Shown here: positions 24,951 through 36,101 of the stretch, in pieces
Position numbering within the stretch: the stretch's first letter is position 1
How the letters are laid out: every line of letters starts with the position of its first letter
Assembly: GCA_000697455.1 (NCBI GenBank)
Contig: JNET01029177.1
Location: forward strand, 1-36,792
Reading direction: 5' to 3'
Origin: Basidiobolus heterosporus B8920
Taxonomy: Eukaryota
Length of the DNA: 36,792 nucleotides
Notes under the pieces: model-generated
Seen by the model: the letters and a program-made list of their open reading frames with translations, nothing else
What the model was told of the DNA's origin: nothing
Database searches by the model: none
Position numbers and translations under genes: made by a program

Positions 24951-25691
24951 TGGCTACTATATATGGGAAGTGATATAAATAACCCGACTCTTGATTTACT
25001 AGATTAAGCTGAGCAATTTTTAGCGGTCAACCAATCTCTGATGCTAAAAGACCAGAGAAGACATCCTGGAGTGGAATTGATTATTGTTGAATGTAGCACC
25101 GGGCTCTCTGATTGGAGTTCATCAACGACAGAGCCAGTGAAATTTTTCACCCAATAGTGGTGCTAGTCTGGGTAATTCTGCGATAATGTGGGACAATGTA
25201 GCTGCGTGTTTGCGTAGACATGGGAATGGAAGTTGAGTGGATTTGATGATAAAAACAAATCGCTAGGCATGTTGTCTACGATTAAGGTTATGTGAATGCC
25301 ACGTCTGGAAGCGCGTTTGTTGTTTGTTTGTTTACTTTCTTCCAAATTAGCCTTACTTCCATTAAAGCTGCAGCCAACGCGTATTTGGCCATTACCATTA
25401 GCACACTACTATTACTGTCATCACCATTGGTTTATCAGCGTTTATTTATTTAAATTATGTGGTTGACTTAGACGTATGAAGATCCAATAAACAGCCAAAA
25501 ACGAGTAAATACTATCTTGAGAAAACAAGCGAAAAAGAACCAGGTACAATACATGACATACGACGGTCTTGGGTGTGAATCCAAAAAGGCGATGAACGCA
25601 ACAACCATCTATCCTCTTCTCTTCTAGACGAGTTTATTGTCTTTGCTGATCATCGTTCATATGTACATATGGTGATCTTGTGATGAATTAC

Positions 25692-27340
25692 TTATGCGTT
25701 AGGTGCCTTGCCAGCTGAGAACATTTGCGGCCGTTGAGTAACTTTGCCACTGATGGGCTGGAAGGTTAAAGCCTGACTAAAATGGAGATTTCGTTAATTC
25801 AAATCTATACAGTCACTTGATTGGGATAAACTTACGTGTTACTTTCCACACCTGGCTCAGCCTTGATACGCTTGAATTCTACACCCTCCACCTCATCCTC
25901 TTCACTCAAGTCGTGCTTGTGGTCATCCTTGTCCCCATTGGTATATGCTGATTCGCGATCCATTTCATCATCAATGTTGACAATGAAATCCATGATGCAA
26001 TTGTACACGGCGGTGTTGAAGCGAATATCTATGTACTTGTTACGAACATGGTCTCTCATGTTGCGCAAGTCTTGTTTGAGTTGTTCATTGGAGCGCTCTG
26101 GATAGCGCGCGATCACATATGAGAACATGACAAATTCAATGGGTGCCATTTTAGTGGGTGTTTCAAATATATCAGGATAGGTACGAATCAACGCAGAATA
26201 TGTCTCAAAGGTTCGCTTTGCCTTGGATTGAAGAGCAGGGTCCACGGTATCTCCTCTCTTCAAGAATTTTTCAATGGCTGGTGAGGTTGATATGAAACGG
26301 TCTGGCTCATTGTGCATGATATGGAGGGCTTGACCAATTAGTAAGAATGGACGTGCACGCTTGGTGTCCATAATCGTGGAAAGTGCTGGGTAATCTTCGA
26401 TGATGGTTCGAACGTAATTTGACATTGGACTGGCTATTGCTTGTAGTTTTTCTTTAAAGGAATAAACATACTGGTGAATTCTCGGTCCTATGACGGTCTA
26501 TGGTATTAGTTCTTACCTGCAACACTCAGAGCTACACCTAATTGTACTCTTGAGAAAATTTCGTGTTCTTGGGTTGGTGTTAAATCAGTGTACTCGACTA
26601 ATTGTGCGAAATTAGAACCCTTCATGAAGAGAAATAGGGAAAAGTAGATGGAACCTACTGCATACGAATTCCGAATATTGGAAGTCTTCTTGTTCACGAA
26701 GGGATAGTGTTTTCCGTTTGGGGTAAGAGGGGTCCTCTTTGTAATAACGTTTGACGGAGCTTTCTTCGAAAGGGTCAAGATGTGGAATTTCATTACTCAT
26801 GAATCTGAAGAAAGACAACAATTCAATCTATGTTTTGTTGAGTTGATAGAGCCACTTGAAAGTTACCTTCTGATAGCAGTCAATCTCTGTTTTCCGTCAA
26901 TGCAAACCTTCAATACACGTCCGTCCGGTAAACGCTTACAGGAGAAAATTACGGGTGGGACGTAAAAGTTCTTCAAAACAGAATCGATGAGGTGCGACAT
27001 CTTTTTTTCTATATTTAAAGGGGGTTTGGTTATCCGTGGTCACAGGAAAACCGTTTCGAAAGACGAGAAAATACCTGGCCAAACCACATCACGTTGGAAT
27101 TCCGGGGCTGGAAAAGGATTTAAAGAAGATAAGCCAAGAAGAAAAGTAACATATTCAGTGAACTTCTCGTACTTAGATCAATGAGGCCTCTATCTAGCAG
27201 GTCTGTAAACACGAAATAGATGTGGCGCAAGGGTCATGTTAGTGAAATATGAAGGGAACTATTAAGAACCTCAAGTATATCTAACCATATAGCTTATACA
27301 ATTGATGCGCTACGTTTCGTGGCTTTTGTAATGGCTCCAT
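25692..27340 (-). CDS. DUF262 (GmrS / ParB-Srx fold) domain protein, 8 exons, about 395 aa
   Basis: Exons 27340-27286, 27202-27173, 27107-27075, 27008-26867, 26804-26659, 26597-26517, 26451-25836 and 25776-25692 join in frame via GT-AG introns. Translation: MEPLQKPRNVAHQLYKLYDLLDRGLIDLTPEFQRDVVWPEKKMSHLIDSVLKNFYVPPVIF...VCIDGKQRLTAIRRF...EHEIFSRVQLGVALSVAE. These match the DUF262 P.xQR..VW / LIDS / DGQQR / F.RxN.G..L motifs. The last exon is less certain. Confidence 0.85.
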
Positions 27341-27691
27341 GTGAATGAAAGATATTTAGAATAATCAGAGGATTACAAAAGCAGAGTCAGAGTACAACTG
27401 AGCCAAAGGGGCAATGAGTGATGGGCAAGATATTCAGAAAAAAAGGAATCAATAACCCAATCCCACCAATCCAAACACCCATGATTTGACCCACCAAGCC
27501 AATGAATGGGACAGAAAAATAGGAGTAGGTTTTTGTCCCTTTAGTGATGTTATCTTTATTTCTAAATATACTGAGATATTTCTGAATGAAGGAATATCAA
27601 AACAGTGTCACTCTATAGTCAATAAATAAACATTGCAAGATTGCTGAGGTTGATCGCTTAATATTGTTAAATTCTTGTTATTGAAGTGCAG

Positions 27692-27740
27692 TTTAGGGTT
27701 TAAAATGTAGGGTGTAAGGTGTAGGGTGTAGGGTGTAGGG
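27692..27740 (+). repeat. Telomere-like heptamer tandem repeat (TGTAGGG)x5 plus one TTTAGGG
   Basis: TTTAGGG at 27692-27698; TGTAGGG TGTAAGG TGTAGGG TGTAGGG TGTAGGG at 27706-27740. Confidence 0.75.
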
Positions 27741-28154
27741 TCTATTCTCTCAGTAACTCTCACTTTGTGAAAATGATCAAGATTCCAGATTCGCATGGTT
27801 TATGCGCATAGTATGGGAATCGCACCACAGTAATTTCACGATAGTTTTGGTCGTCCCCCATATTATTATTGTTCCCAGTTGATGACTCGTGGGTCTTAGT
27901 AAATTACAAGTTGCCAAGATTCAAATGCAAGTTTTATACAGAGTCTTTGTGCGTGACTTGGATATATTCTTTTTATTTATACAAAAAATCTTACATCAAG
28001 CAACGGGAAACACAGGTTTACTAATCTATCTATTAAGGTGTAAAGATCGGGTTTGTGTAGAGGCTAGTTTCAGGTTCATGCATAGACTGTGAACATCTAT
28101 CAGATATGAGCAAAAGTGTTGAGGATGGCAAGAGTAATGACTTCAAAGTACCAA

Positions 28155-30230
28155 TTAATGGCCCTTCTTCTTCTGATGATTGATATGTGTTCTGAGTTGC
28201 TTCTGCTTATCACGTAGAGAGAGCTTGGACTTTTGCTTGACTGAGCGTTTGTGGACAACCATCATGAAGGCCTTATTTCTAGCCTTTTCTCTGTTGGTAG
28301 TACTGCCTCTCTCGGGCTTACCCTTAGATGAGCCGTATTTCTGTCTTCCTTCACGACCAGCCATGATGGATTCCATTCTCTCCTCGTAATCTTGCTTCTT
28401 CTTCTTTCTAGGGCCCAGGATAGTAGACTCATCCACAATCTCTTCGGATGCCTCGGCTGTATCTTGCTTTCTCTTGCCAACAATTTGTTCGGCTTTGTTC
28501 ATTGTCTTCAACTCATTAAGTCTGGCAAAGTCTTGAGGAGTAAGAATCTTGGTGAGTGCAATATTTTCCACAGGTTCCTTGTTTTCTTCTTCAGTTGGCT
28601 GTTCTTCGTCAGAGTCCATTTCGACCTGAATGCCAGTCTCATCATCTGATTGTTGAACATCGATCCAGTCGCCCTCGCCGTCTGAATCGTCACTCTCGAC
28701 TTCCCATCCTTCCCAAGCTGCTTCATCATCATCTGCAGTTGGCTTGTCGTTGGCCAACAGCTCAAGTCCGTCAATGGTTTCTGCAGTACGAGCTTCACCA
28801 TATTGGATAGGCTTGAAGTCCTTCAAAGACATGGTGGCTCCCTTGCCTCTGTCCTTCTTCTTGAGTAGTTCGGGATTGATTTCACGGAAGAGACCAATCA
28901 AGGATCTAGAAGCCATCATGACACCCTTATCTCTGTGGCCCTTGTATTCAGTCAGGTCTTGAAGAAGCGTCTCGGTCATGGCCAGTGGACAACGGGAACA
29001 GATTTCACGGATACCATTCATACCCGCAGACATGACTTCACTGGACATGTTCTCAGTAACAAAATTATTTGCAATGGCCATCAGAACAGGTTCAAGAGTG
29101 TCAGGAGGAACTAGCTCATGGGAAGCCTGAGCGGTCAATGCTAAGACCTGAGTGACATCGCGTTGGTGTGGTTGGAGGTAGCGGATGAGGTAGGTATAGA
29201 AGTTCAAGAAAATGAGCTTATGGATACCGATCAGACGACCAATCAGCTTCATGATCATCAAGCGAACCTCAAATCTTTCCGAGGACTTGTTAAGACGAGA
29301 GAAAAGCTTCTCAACAAAGCCTTGAGGATCATTGACCAAATGAATGGCCGAGAAGTTGAAGTTCTCGGCTTTGGTTCTGTTTCTCTCCTTTCTCTTCACT
29401 GTGGCGATAGCCTTATCCAGAGCCCGACTTTTGGCTCTTGTCTTCTTGGTAAAAGTCTTGACTTGTTGCATACGACGGATGTCCGGAATGGTTTCCTCCT
29501 CTTCATCAGAAGAATCCTCCTCTTCGTCAGCTCCCAAGAAGAATTGAAGAGCAGTGACCATGATTTTGGTAACAGGAGAGAAACATGCGTGTACAACAAC
29601 GTTGACTGTTTTAGCATCATGCCACACATTCTTCTTGTAAAGCTCGACGCAAACATCCAAACTCTTCTTTGCGGCAATAGCGTTCTCGCTACTGTTGTCA
29701 GCAGCGCCTTCAGCAGAAGTAATCATGGTGTACATAAAGTTCTGTAAGGTTTTGTTGAGCTTGTTGTTCTTGTGCTTGTTATTAGCGTTACGGATATCAT
29801 TCACAATATGTGTGTAGAGCATATCACGAAGATTCTTGTCATGACAGCGGAAGAGAGTGAAAAAGAGGGATAGGAGGCTAGTACTAGAGATGATGTCTCT
29901 GTTGCGGAGAAGGATAAGGGCGGAAACCATATTCTTACGAAGAGTAGGGTCGAGAATTTGATAGTGCTCAGTTAAGAGGCCCATGATTTCTTTGGGAAAC
30001 TCGGCACTTTCTTTGGGATAACAAGGAGAAACCTGTGCAAGGAAAGTGATTAACTCACCGAATTCCTTGGCTTCTTCGTCAGGTTTCAACTTGAAGATAG
30101 ACAAGGAAGATTCAAAATGACGCCATTGTTGAATGAATTCGTCTTTGTATGATTCGGGATCTCGTTTAATAAGATTCTGGAGCTGTGGAAGATTAGTAGC
30201 AAGTAGAGCGGCGCGATTTCTTTTACCCAT
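28155..30230 (-). CDS. SDA1: 60S ribosome biogenesis/export protein SDA1 (intronless, 691 aa)
   Basis: NLPQLQNLIKRDPESYKDEF, NFSAIHLVNDPQGFVEKLF, QASHELVPPD, GMNGIREICSRCPLAM, KILTPQDF and STTNREKARNK are all SDA1 family motifs. Confidence 0.96.
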   Translation of the reverse strand: MGKRNRAALLATNLPQLQNLIKRDPESYKDEFIQQWRHFESSLSIFKLKPDEEAKEFGELITFLAQVSPCYPKESAEFPKEIMGLLTEHYQILDPTLRKNMVSALILLRNRDIISSTSLLSLFFTLFRCHDKNLRDMLYTHIVNDIRNANNKHKNNKLNKTLQNFMYTMITSAEGAADNSSENAIAAKKSLDVCVELYKKNVWHDAKTVNVVVHACFSPVTKIMVTALQFFLGADEEEDSSDEEEETIPDIRRMQQVKTFTKKTRAKSRALDKAIATVKRKERNRTKAENFNFSAIHLVNDPQGFVEKLFSRLNKSSERFEVRLMIMKLIGRLIGIHKLIFLNFYTYLIRYLQPHQRDVTQVLALTAQASHELVPPDTLEPVLMAIANNFVTENMSSEVMSAGMNGIREICSRCPLAMTETLLQDLTEYKGHRDKGVMMASRSLIGLFREINPELLKKKDRGKGATMSLKDFKPIQYGEARTAETIDGLELLANDKPTADDDEAAWEGWEVESDDSDGEGDWIDVQQSDDETGIQVEMDSDEEQPTEEENKEPVENIALTKILTPQDFARLNELKTMNKAEQIVGKRKQDTAEASEEIVDESTILGPRKKKKQDYEERMESIMAGREGRQKYGSSKGKPERGSTTNREKARNKAFMMVVHKRSVKQKSKLSLRDKQKQLRTHINHQKKKGH

Positions 30231-30630
30231 AATGAACGTGAACTACAAAAGTCAAAATTGGAGTGTAGAAAGGAGCAGTAGGGTAGGAGGATACTTTGAA
30301 CTTGGACTTTGCTGTGTACAGAAACCTCAAGAGATAGCAGTGGCTTCAGTGTCGGCTATTAATTTGGATTTTTTTTTATTTTTTTCCTTTAACTGCACAT
30401 TCTTCTTGATTATGGTGTTTAATTTTTTTTTGCTGATGGATTAGTGGGTTGGAATGTTAGCAATGGCTGAATTTTATTATTATAATTGGATTTGTTAGAT
30501 AATGATCTCGGATATTTCTATTGGTGAGGATTTCCATCATTTAGAAGTTAAAACTTTTGATATTTCACGCTCGCATTGAACAAGGAACCAACTGGTTGAA
30601 CCCAACTACCCAACTCCCTCCAACTAAACA

Positions 30631-31302
30631 ATGGCGCCCATCCAAAGAAACGCTCTCTTCCTGTTTCGCAATATAATGACTTCCCAAGTCTTGTTGACGT
30701 TGAAGCAAAATGTCAAGGTATTCTGTTTTTCTTTAAAGAGTGAGAGTCCTTCCTCTACAACAAACACACTAACCTTCGGGAACTCATAGCCAGCTGTCTT
30801 GAATCAACTCAAAGAAACTCAAAGACCCGCCCACTATCGTAAAGATCATTGGACCCCTATGATTGCGGTCACTGGCTTCGACTCTTTCACTCACCTCAAC
30901 TTGCTGAATACCTTAGTCCACGATAACATTAAGCCTATCGAGCAAAACGAAGAATGGCTGAAGAAGAAGAAGGCAGTACGAAAGATAGAGGAAATGGACC
31001 AAGTAGACTCAAGGGTGGTTGCCTTGTGTAAGGGTTTGAACCAACTACCCGAACGTCTACACGAAGCCGAGGTTCCCAAGCTCACCTTGTTTTGGGAAAG
31101 ACCATCGTTGAAGGAAGTTGTAGAGAAGGACCAACTAGAATGGCCTTCCTTTGTCGCTCACGAGAAACTCCAGTTAATCCGTGGGCGCAACATCATGAAC
31201 GACGAATTTAGAGTGACTAAGACCGCACAAGAACGCAAGAGTCGAGTCAAACCTCAGCCAATCAACCGTATTGGTGATGCCAATCGCCGTATGCATGAAT
31301 AG
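30631..31302 (+). CDS. MHR1: Mhr1 / mitoribosomal protein mL67-like, 2 exons (30631-30717, 30790-31302)
   Basis: LFLFRNIMTSQVLLT, RPAHYRKDHWTPM and downstream LFWE..W motifs resemble the Mhr1 family (FRN...QV.Y, RKD.W..M). The intron is phase 0, GT-AG, with a CTAAC branch site. Confidence 0.75.
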
Positions 31303-31530
31303 ATCAAGTTACTCTCAACCATCGATCTTCTCGCCATCCCCTCTTCATTGCCATCAGATACAGACTTCATCGCATTTTCATTTAAATAAATCAATTCTTA
31401 CTGAGTCTATTTGGTGAGATGTCTGGTCATTTTATTTACTTGCTTGTACGAAGTGGATGCTTCCTTGCTGAGTTGATGCTTTATTGTACAAGTTGAATAG
31501 ATGCTTGTGGAAGAGAGGGTGGTGATATGT

Positions 31531-31768
31531 TCAGTCTTGTGCTTTCTTTTCTTCTAAGCGGTCACTCACGTATATTCCCGCAATGGAGAAGACTATACCA
31601 ACTGTAGAAAAGTAAGAAAATAATGCGAGTGGAAGAAGATCGAAGAAGGCACTTACAGAGTCCGAGGCCAACGCGAAGTCGTGGTGACAAAGATTTGTAT
31701 GATTGCCAAAGAGACTTGTTATTCGCTTCAATAGTGCGGTTCTTTGGGATACGGCTGGGTGCGGCCAT
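31531..31768 (-). CDS. 60-aa single-pass membrane microprotein, 2 exons (31768-31657, 31601-31531)
   Basis: A GTAAGT...CTACAG intron joins two ORF-track frames: MAAPSRIPKNRTIEANNKSLWQSYKSLSPRLRVGLGLFGIVFSIAGIYVSDRLEEKKAQD*. Basic N-terminus, Gly-rich TM helix, charged tail. Confidence 0.75.
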
Positions 31769-32429
31769 TTTGTTCTACTATCAAGCTAAGGTTGATTGAT
31801 GGCTTTGAAGCATAAAATTCACATAAATTTCAGATTTTCATGATTTACCTGGGGTAGGGCAACGTTTAAATATACAATATTAGCCCCAACCTACGACTTT
31901 TCTGGAATCAACCCAAAAAGTAGTAAAATCCATGAAGGATAGATGTTTAGTTTTAATATTATTGAATATTGTGATAATTGTATATATATACTAATATTTA
32001 GTTACTATATTAAGTGTTTGCATTGTGTTTACTTCCAAAATAATCGAAGGAACATAAGTTGTTCTGGAATACTAAGATACGGAACACAATCCGCTAAGTA
32101 CGCTACTGGAGAGCAATATCTAGTAATTGCATGTAAACAATCCCCTATATCTAGGAGCTTCTAAGCCTTCCATCCACGGTAACAAGGGTAATATACTGGA
32201 TGATGACGTAACAAAGAATAACAATGGTGGTAGAGTACTCATTAACATTAGCTAACCCTTATCACTAAATTACCTAGATTAATCGTTAAATAGAGAATGC
32301 ATGTGCAAAACCTGGGATATCAGTAAAATATTGCTTAATTTCTAATAGGTGAACCCCAGTTTGTATACTTCATATAGCTTGAACACGCAAGGATACACCA
32401 CTTGAACAGTTCTTCTTTTTTTGAGTACA

Positions 32430-33645
32430 ATGAGTGAAAGTAGACAAGAGCTCCTCGCATGGGTCAATGACCTCCTCCATCTAAATTACACTAAAATAGA
32501 GCAGCTAGGAACCGGTACGTTTCTCTACGTTTCTTTACCTTTCTCATCTCTAACAGCTACTCTTTGTCTAATCGCTTTGTTAATTTGGGTCTACAGGTGC
32601 TGCATACTGTCAGATTATTGACTCTGTGTATGGTATGTATTTTGTTTTCAAATGCGTTTTAGTCGTTTGATGTCAACTTGAGATTGACTCATTGCTTTAC
32701 AGGTGATGTACCACTTCCTCGAGTGAAATTCAACGCTAAGCAAGACTATGAATATCTTCACAATTTCAAGATTTTACAAAATTCTTTCACGAAACATAAG
32801 CTTGATAAAGTATGCGCTTTTCAACCTGTTTGGCTCTATAAATGCATATAGCCCTGATTCTTGTCAAGACATTCACTAAACGTGTATTCTTGTATTGATA
32901 AGGCAATCCCAGTGGACAGCTTGATAAAATGTCGCTTTGCTGATAACTTTTCTTTCTTGCAATGGCTTAAACGTTTTCATGATGCCAATGCTTCGGAAGG
33001 ATATGATCCTCTAAGCAGACGCAAGGATGGCCCACCTACCTCAACAGCCACTCGTGCTGCTGGTGTGCGCTCTGGAACACCTTCCCGAAGATCCACTACT
33101 CCTTCTGGTAAAGTGGCTAATCAATAGTTATCTCAAGGTATAAACTTACTTATACTTTTCTCCTCAATAGAGAGGTCAGCTTCAAGAACTGGTAAAGTCG
33201 GAACCACTCGACCTGGTTCTTCAGCGTCTCGTCCTGCTCCATCTGCTGCACCATCCGCTGAACAATCTGCGAAGATTGAAGAGCTGCAACGCATCAACGT
33301 TGAACAACAAGCACAAATTGAAACAGTGGAACGTGAGCGTGATTTCTATTACGAGAAGTTACGCGCCATAGAAGACTTGATGAATACCATTGATACCAAT
33401 GAGAAAATATCCACGCTTCTTAGAGGACTTCACTCAGTCATGTATGGCACTGAGGTAGTTGTTATTTCTAATTGGTTCTCGTGAAGTATGCATACTAACT
33501 AGATGTCCAGGAGGGCTTTGTCCAGCAAGAAGAGCAAATGGATCCTGATCAAAGCCTAGTCGCAGACGATCTTTTAATGGAGCAAAACATTCAAAACATC
33601 CAAGACATCAGACTGCAAGACATCGACGAGGATGAGACCTTTTAA
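32430..33645 (+). CDS. BIM1: Microtubule plus-end binding protein EB1/Bim1/Mal3, 6 exons
   Basis: CH domain MSESRQELLAWVNDLL..KIEQLGTGAAYCQIIDS, NFKILQNSF, DNFSFLQWLKRF; EB domain ERERDFYYEKLRAIE; C-terminal DEDETF*. Confidence 0.94.
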
Positions 33646-33830
33646 AGCCCCACTCACCTTTCAAACAACACCTATCGGTGAGGCAGAATGCTGTTGTGCT
33701 TAGAATAGTTTTTATTTATCACTTGTTTCGTACATAGCTGACTATGCCTTGATTCTCTATTTCTGTACACATAAAATCCACTCAAGCATAACCTTTAATT
33801 GTTTCACTTGTCTGTTGACCGTGAACGCCA

Positions 33831-33875
33831 TCAATAAACGGCAATAAACGGCAATACATGGCAACAAATGGCAAC
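33831..33875. repeat. Degenerate 10-bp tandem repeat (4.5 copies)
   Basis: tcaataaacg gcaataaacg gcaatacatg gcaacaaatg gcaac between EB1 and NIPA. Confidence 0.6.
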
Positions 33876-34370
33876 TTCATCTAGCGCTATTCGTACTCGT
33901 ATTGCCTTCAATCTCGGCCTTCACATTTGCTTGTTTCCTGCAGATCCTGTAATTATGCAGTGCTCATACAACAGCTTTTATATGTTTCAGAGAGGGAAAA
34001 CTGATCCAATACTGGGTGTGAGAACTAATGTAGTTCACTAACAGCTGATTGTAGGGCCAGTGGGCCAGTGTAATTCGGAGGAATATTGAGTAGGTCGCAG
34101 TATCCAGCATATACACACGATCTCTCACCGAGGTGTAGATTCCCTTGTGCGTGGATTTGTTGATTGATTCGTGGGCTGCAGGTCGATGTTGGATATATTT
34201 ATTCGCTCGAGATACTTTCCTACGCCGGTTTTTATTTTCCCGTATCTTGCATGGTCTCAAAATTCCCTTCCTCCTTGCTATATATCATTATTTAACTTCC
34301 TATTAGAGGTTTGCTTCCTTAACGCTCTCCCTTCGTGGCTTTTGACTTAAGACAGCGAATTCATCAAGCA

Positions 34371-36101
34371 ATGATCTCTTCCAACAACGGAGATAACCCT
34401 CCTATCTACAAGACCGTAGGCCTCATCCTTGCAATATCAAGCGGTAAGTTATCCGTTGTACCTTGAAGGCGGTGGTAACACTAACGCGCTACAAATCGTA
34501 ACACAGGCTTCTTTATTGGGACTAGTTTTATCATAAAGAAGAAGGGGCTCCTCCAGTCGTATGCGTCAAGTATAGTGGCTTTCTGGGTTGATACTGCGAA
34601 ACACCATACTAACCAATGCTCTAGGTGGAGTTCCAGGGGAGGGGCACCAGTACCTCAAGTCCAAATTATGGTGGTCTGGAATGATTTTAAGTAAGTTCGC
34701 AATCAGGCCTTCTTGCATGCAATTCTCACCATGTTTTCTCCGTCACTGTAGTGGTGCTGGGTGAGATATTGAATTTTGTCGCCTACGCCTTCACGCCTGC
34801 CATATTGGTCACCCCATTGGGCGCTCTAAGTGTCGTTGTCAGGTAAGGCCAATTCATCCTTGCTGAGGTCAACCTATACAGCGTTCCAACCACTGATTCC
34901 AACTTTCCAACAGTGCCATCTTGTCATCCATATTTCTCAAAGAAAAGCTGACTTTTGTCGGGAAAATTGGATGTGCCATCTGCATCATAGGGGCGGTGAT
35001 TATTGTGTTGCATGCACCTGAGCAAAATGCACCTCCAACCATCACCGCATTCATGGAATATACCATTTCCCCAGGTAAGTGCAGTCTACATAAGCAAGCT
35101 ACGTAACAATGCCTCACCCTCCAACTAATCCATTTTGACTAGTGTTTATCACGTACGCGGTAGTTGTCATCCTGGTCAGTTTGTTTTTGATATTCCGAGT
35201 AGCTCCCAAGCATGGAAAGAACAACATGATGGTGTATATCAGCGTTTGCTCTCTTATAGGCTCACTCTCGGTGGTGTGCACCCAAGGACTTGGCGCGTCG
35301 ATTGTTTATTCAATTACTACGGAAAGCCAGTTCAAGCACCCCTTCATTTATGCACTGATCGTATTTGTCGTGATAACGCTGCTAGTGGAGGTGGATTATC
35401 TGAACAAAGCACTCAACCTGTTCAGCACTGCCATTGTAACTCCAGTGTACTATGTGATGTTCACTACATGCACTATTCTTTCCACTGCTATATTGTTCCA
35501 AGGCTTTCACGCGGAGACCTTGAACATTGTGACCGCTGTATGCGGGTTCTTAGTTATTTGTGGCGGCGTGCTGTTATTACACATTTCTAAGGAGACTGAT
35601 GAGGTTGTGAGCGACTATCACAGCGTATCAGACCCTGAGGTTGGTCAGATCGAGAAGCTTTCGCCGGTAGTATTGGCAGATTCAACCAGAGCCAAATCAA
35701 GAACCGAGCCCTTTCAAGATACCATAGCATTGACGGAACAATCCCAACCCTCCTCTACCTTTACACTTCCACCAACCCCATCTCTAAGCCGTAGAAAATC
35801 TAGTGCCGAAATACCTAGACGTGCAAAAACCTCTATCGGCCCTATCAGTGGCTTTGACTCCTTGAAACGTACCCGAGGGAGACGAGCCAACACTATTGGT
35901 AGCCAAGAGCCAAGTGCCCCATGGGCACAAGGAATTAACGACCGCCAACTAGCCTTAATCCCTAGCGCAGCACCAGGATTACTTCCTGGAGTTACCATGT
36001 CGCGAATTCGGTCCCTCTCTTCACTTAAATCCAACCGAAATTTAACCTCGCAAGAGACCGAGGTAGGTCCCAACTCTACTTCCGAGCTGGAATCTTCATA
36101 A
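34371..36101 (+). CDS. NIPA-family (DUF803) magnesium transporter, 6 exons
   Basis: GLILAISSGFFIGTSFIIKKKGL, YLKSKLWWSGM, GEILNFVAYAFTPAILVTPLGALSV, IVLHAPE, YISVCSLIGSLSV and YLNKALNLFSTAIVTPVYYVMFT; Ser/Arg-rich cytosolic tail. Confidence 0.93.

Noticed and set aside
25041..25157. 38-codon ORF MLKDQRRHPG... and a hammerhead-like CTGAT..GAAA pattern
   Set aside because: The ORF is too short and has no motif; the sequence lacks the CUGANGA core and proper stem arrangement.
29163..29747. 194-aa antisense ORF over SDA1 (and other short antisense ORFs there)
   Set aside because: Fully antisense to a conserved CDS, with no independent features.
30231..30630. RRPE/PAC motifs in the SDA1-MHR1 divergent promoter
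   Set aside because: Only poly-T tracts; no good match to either consensus.
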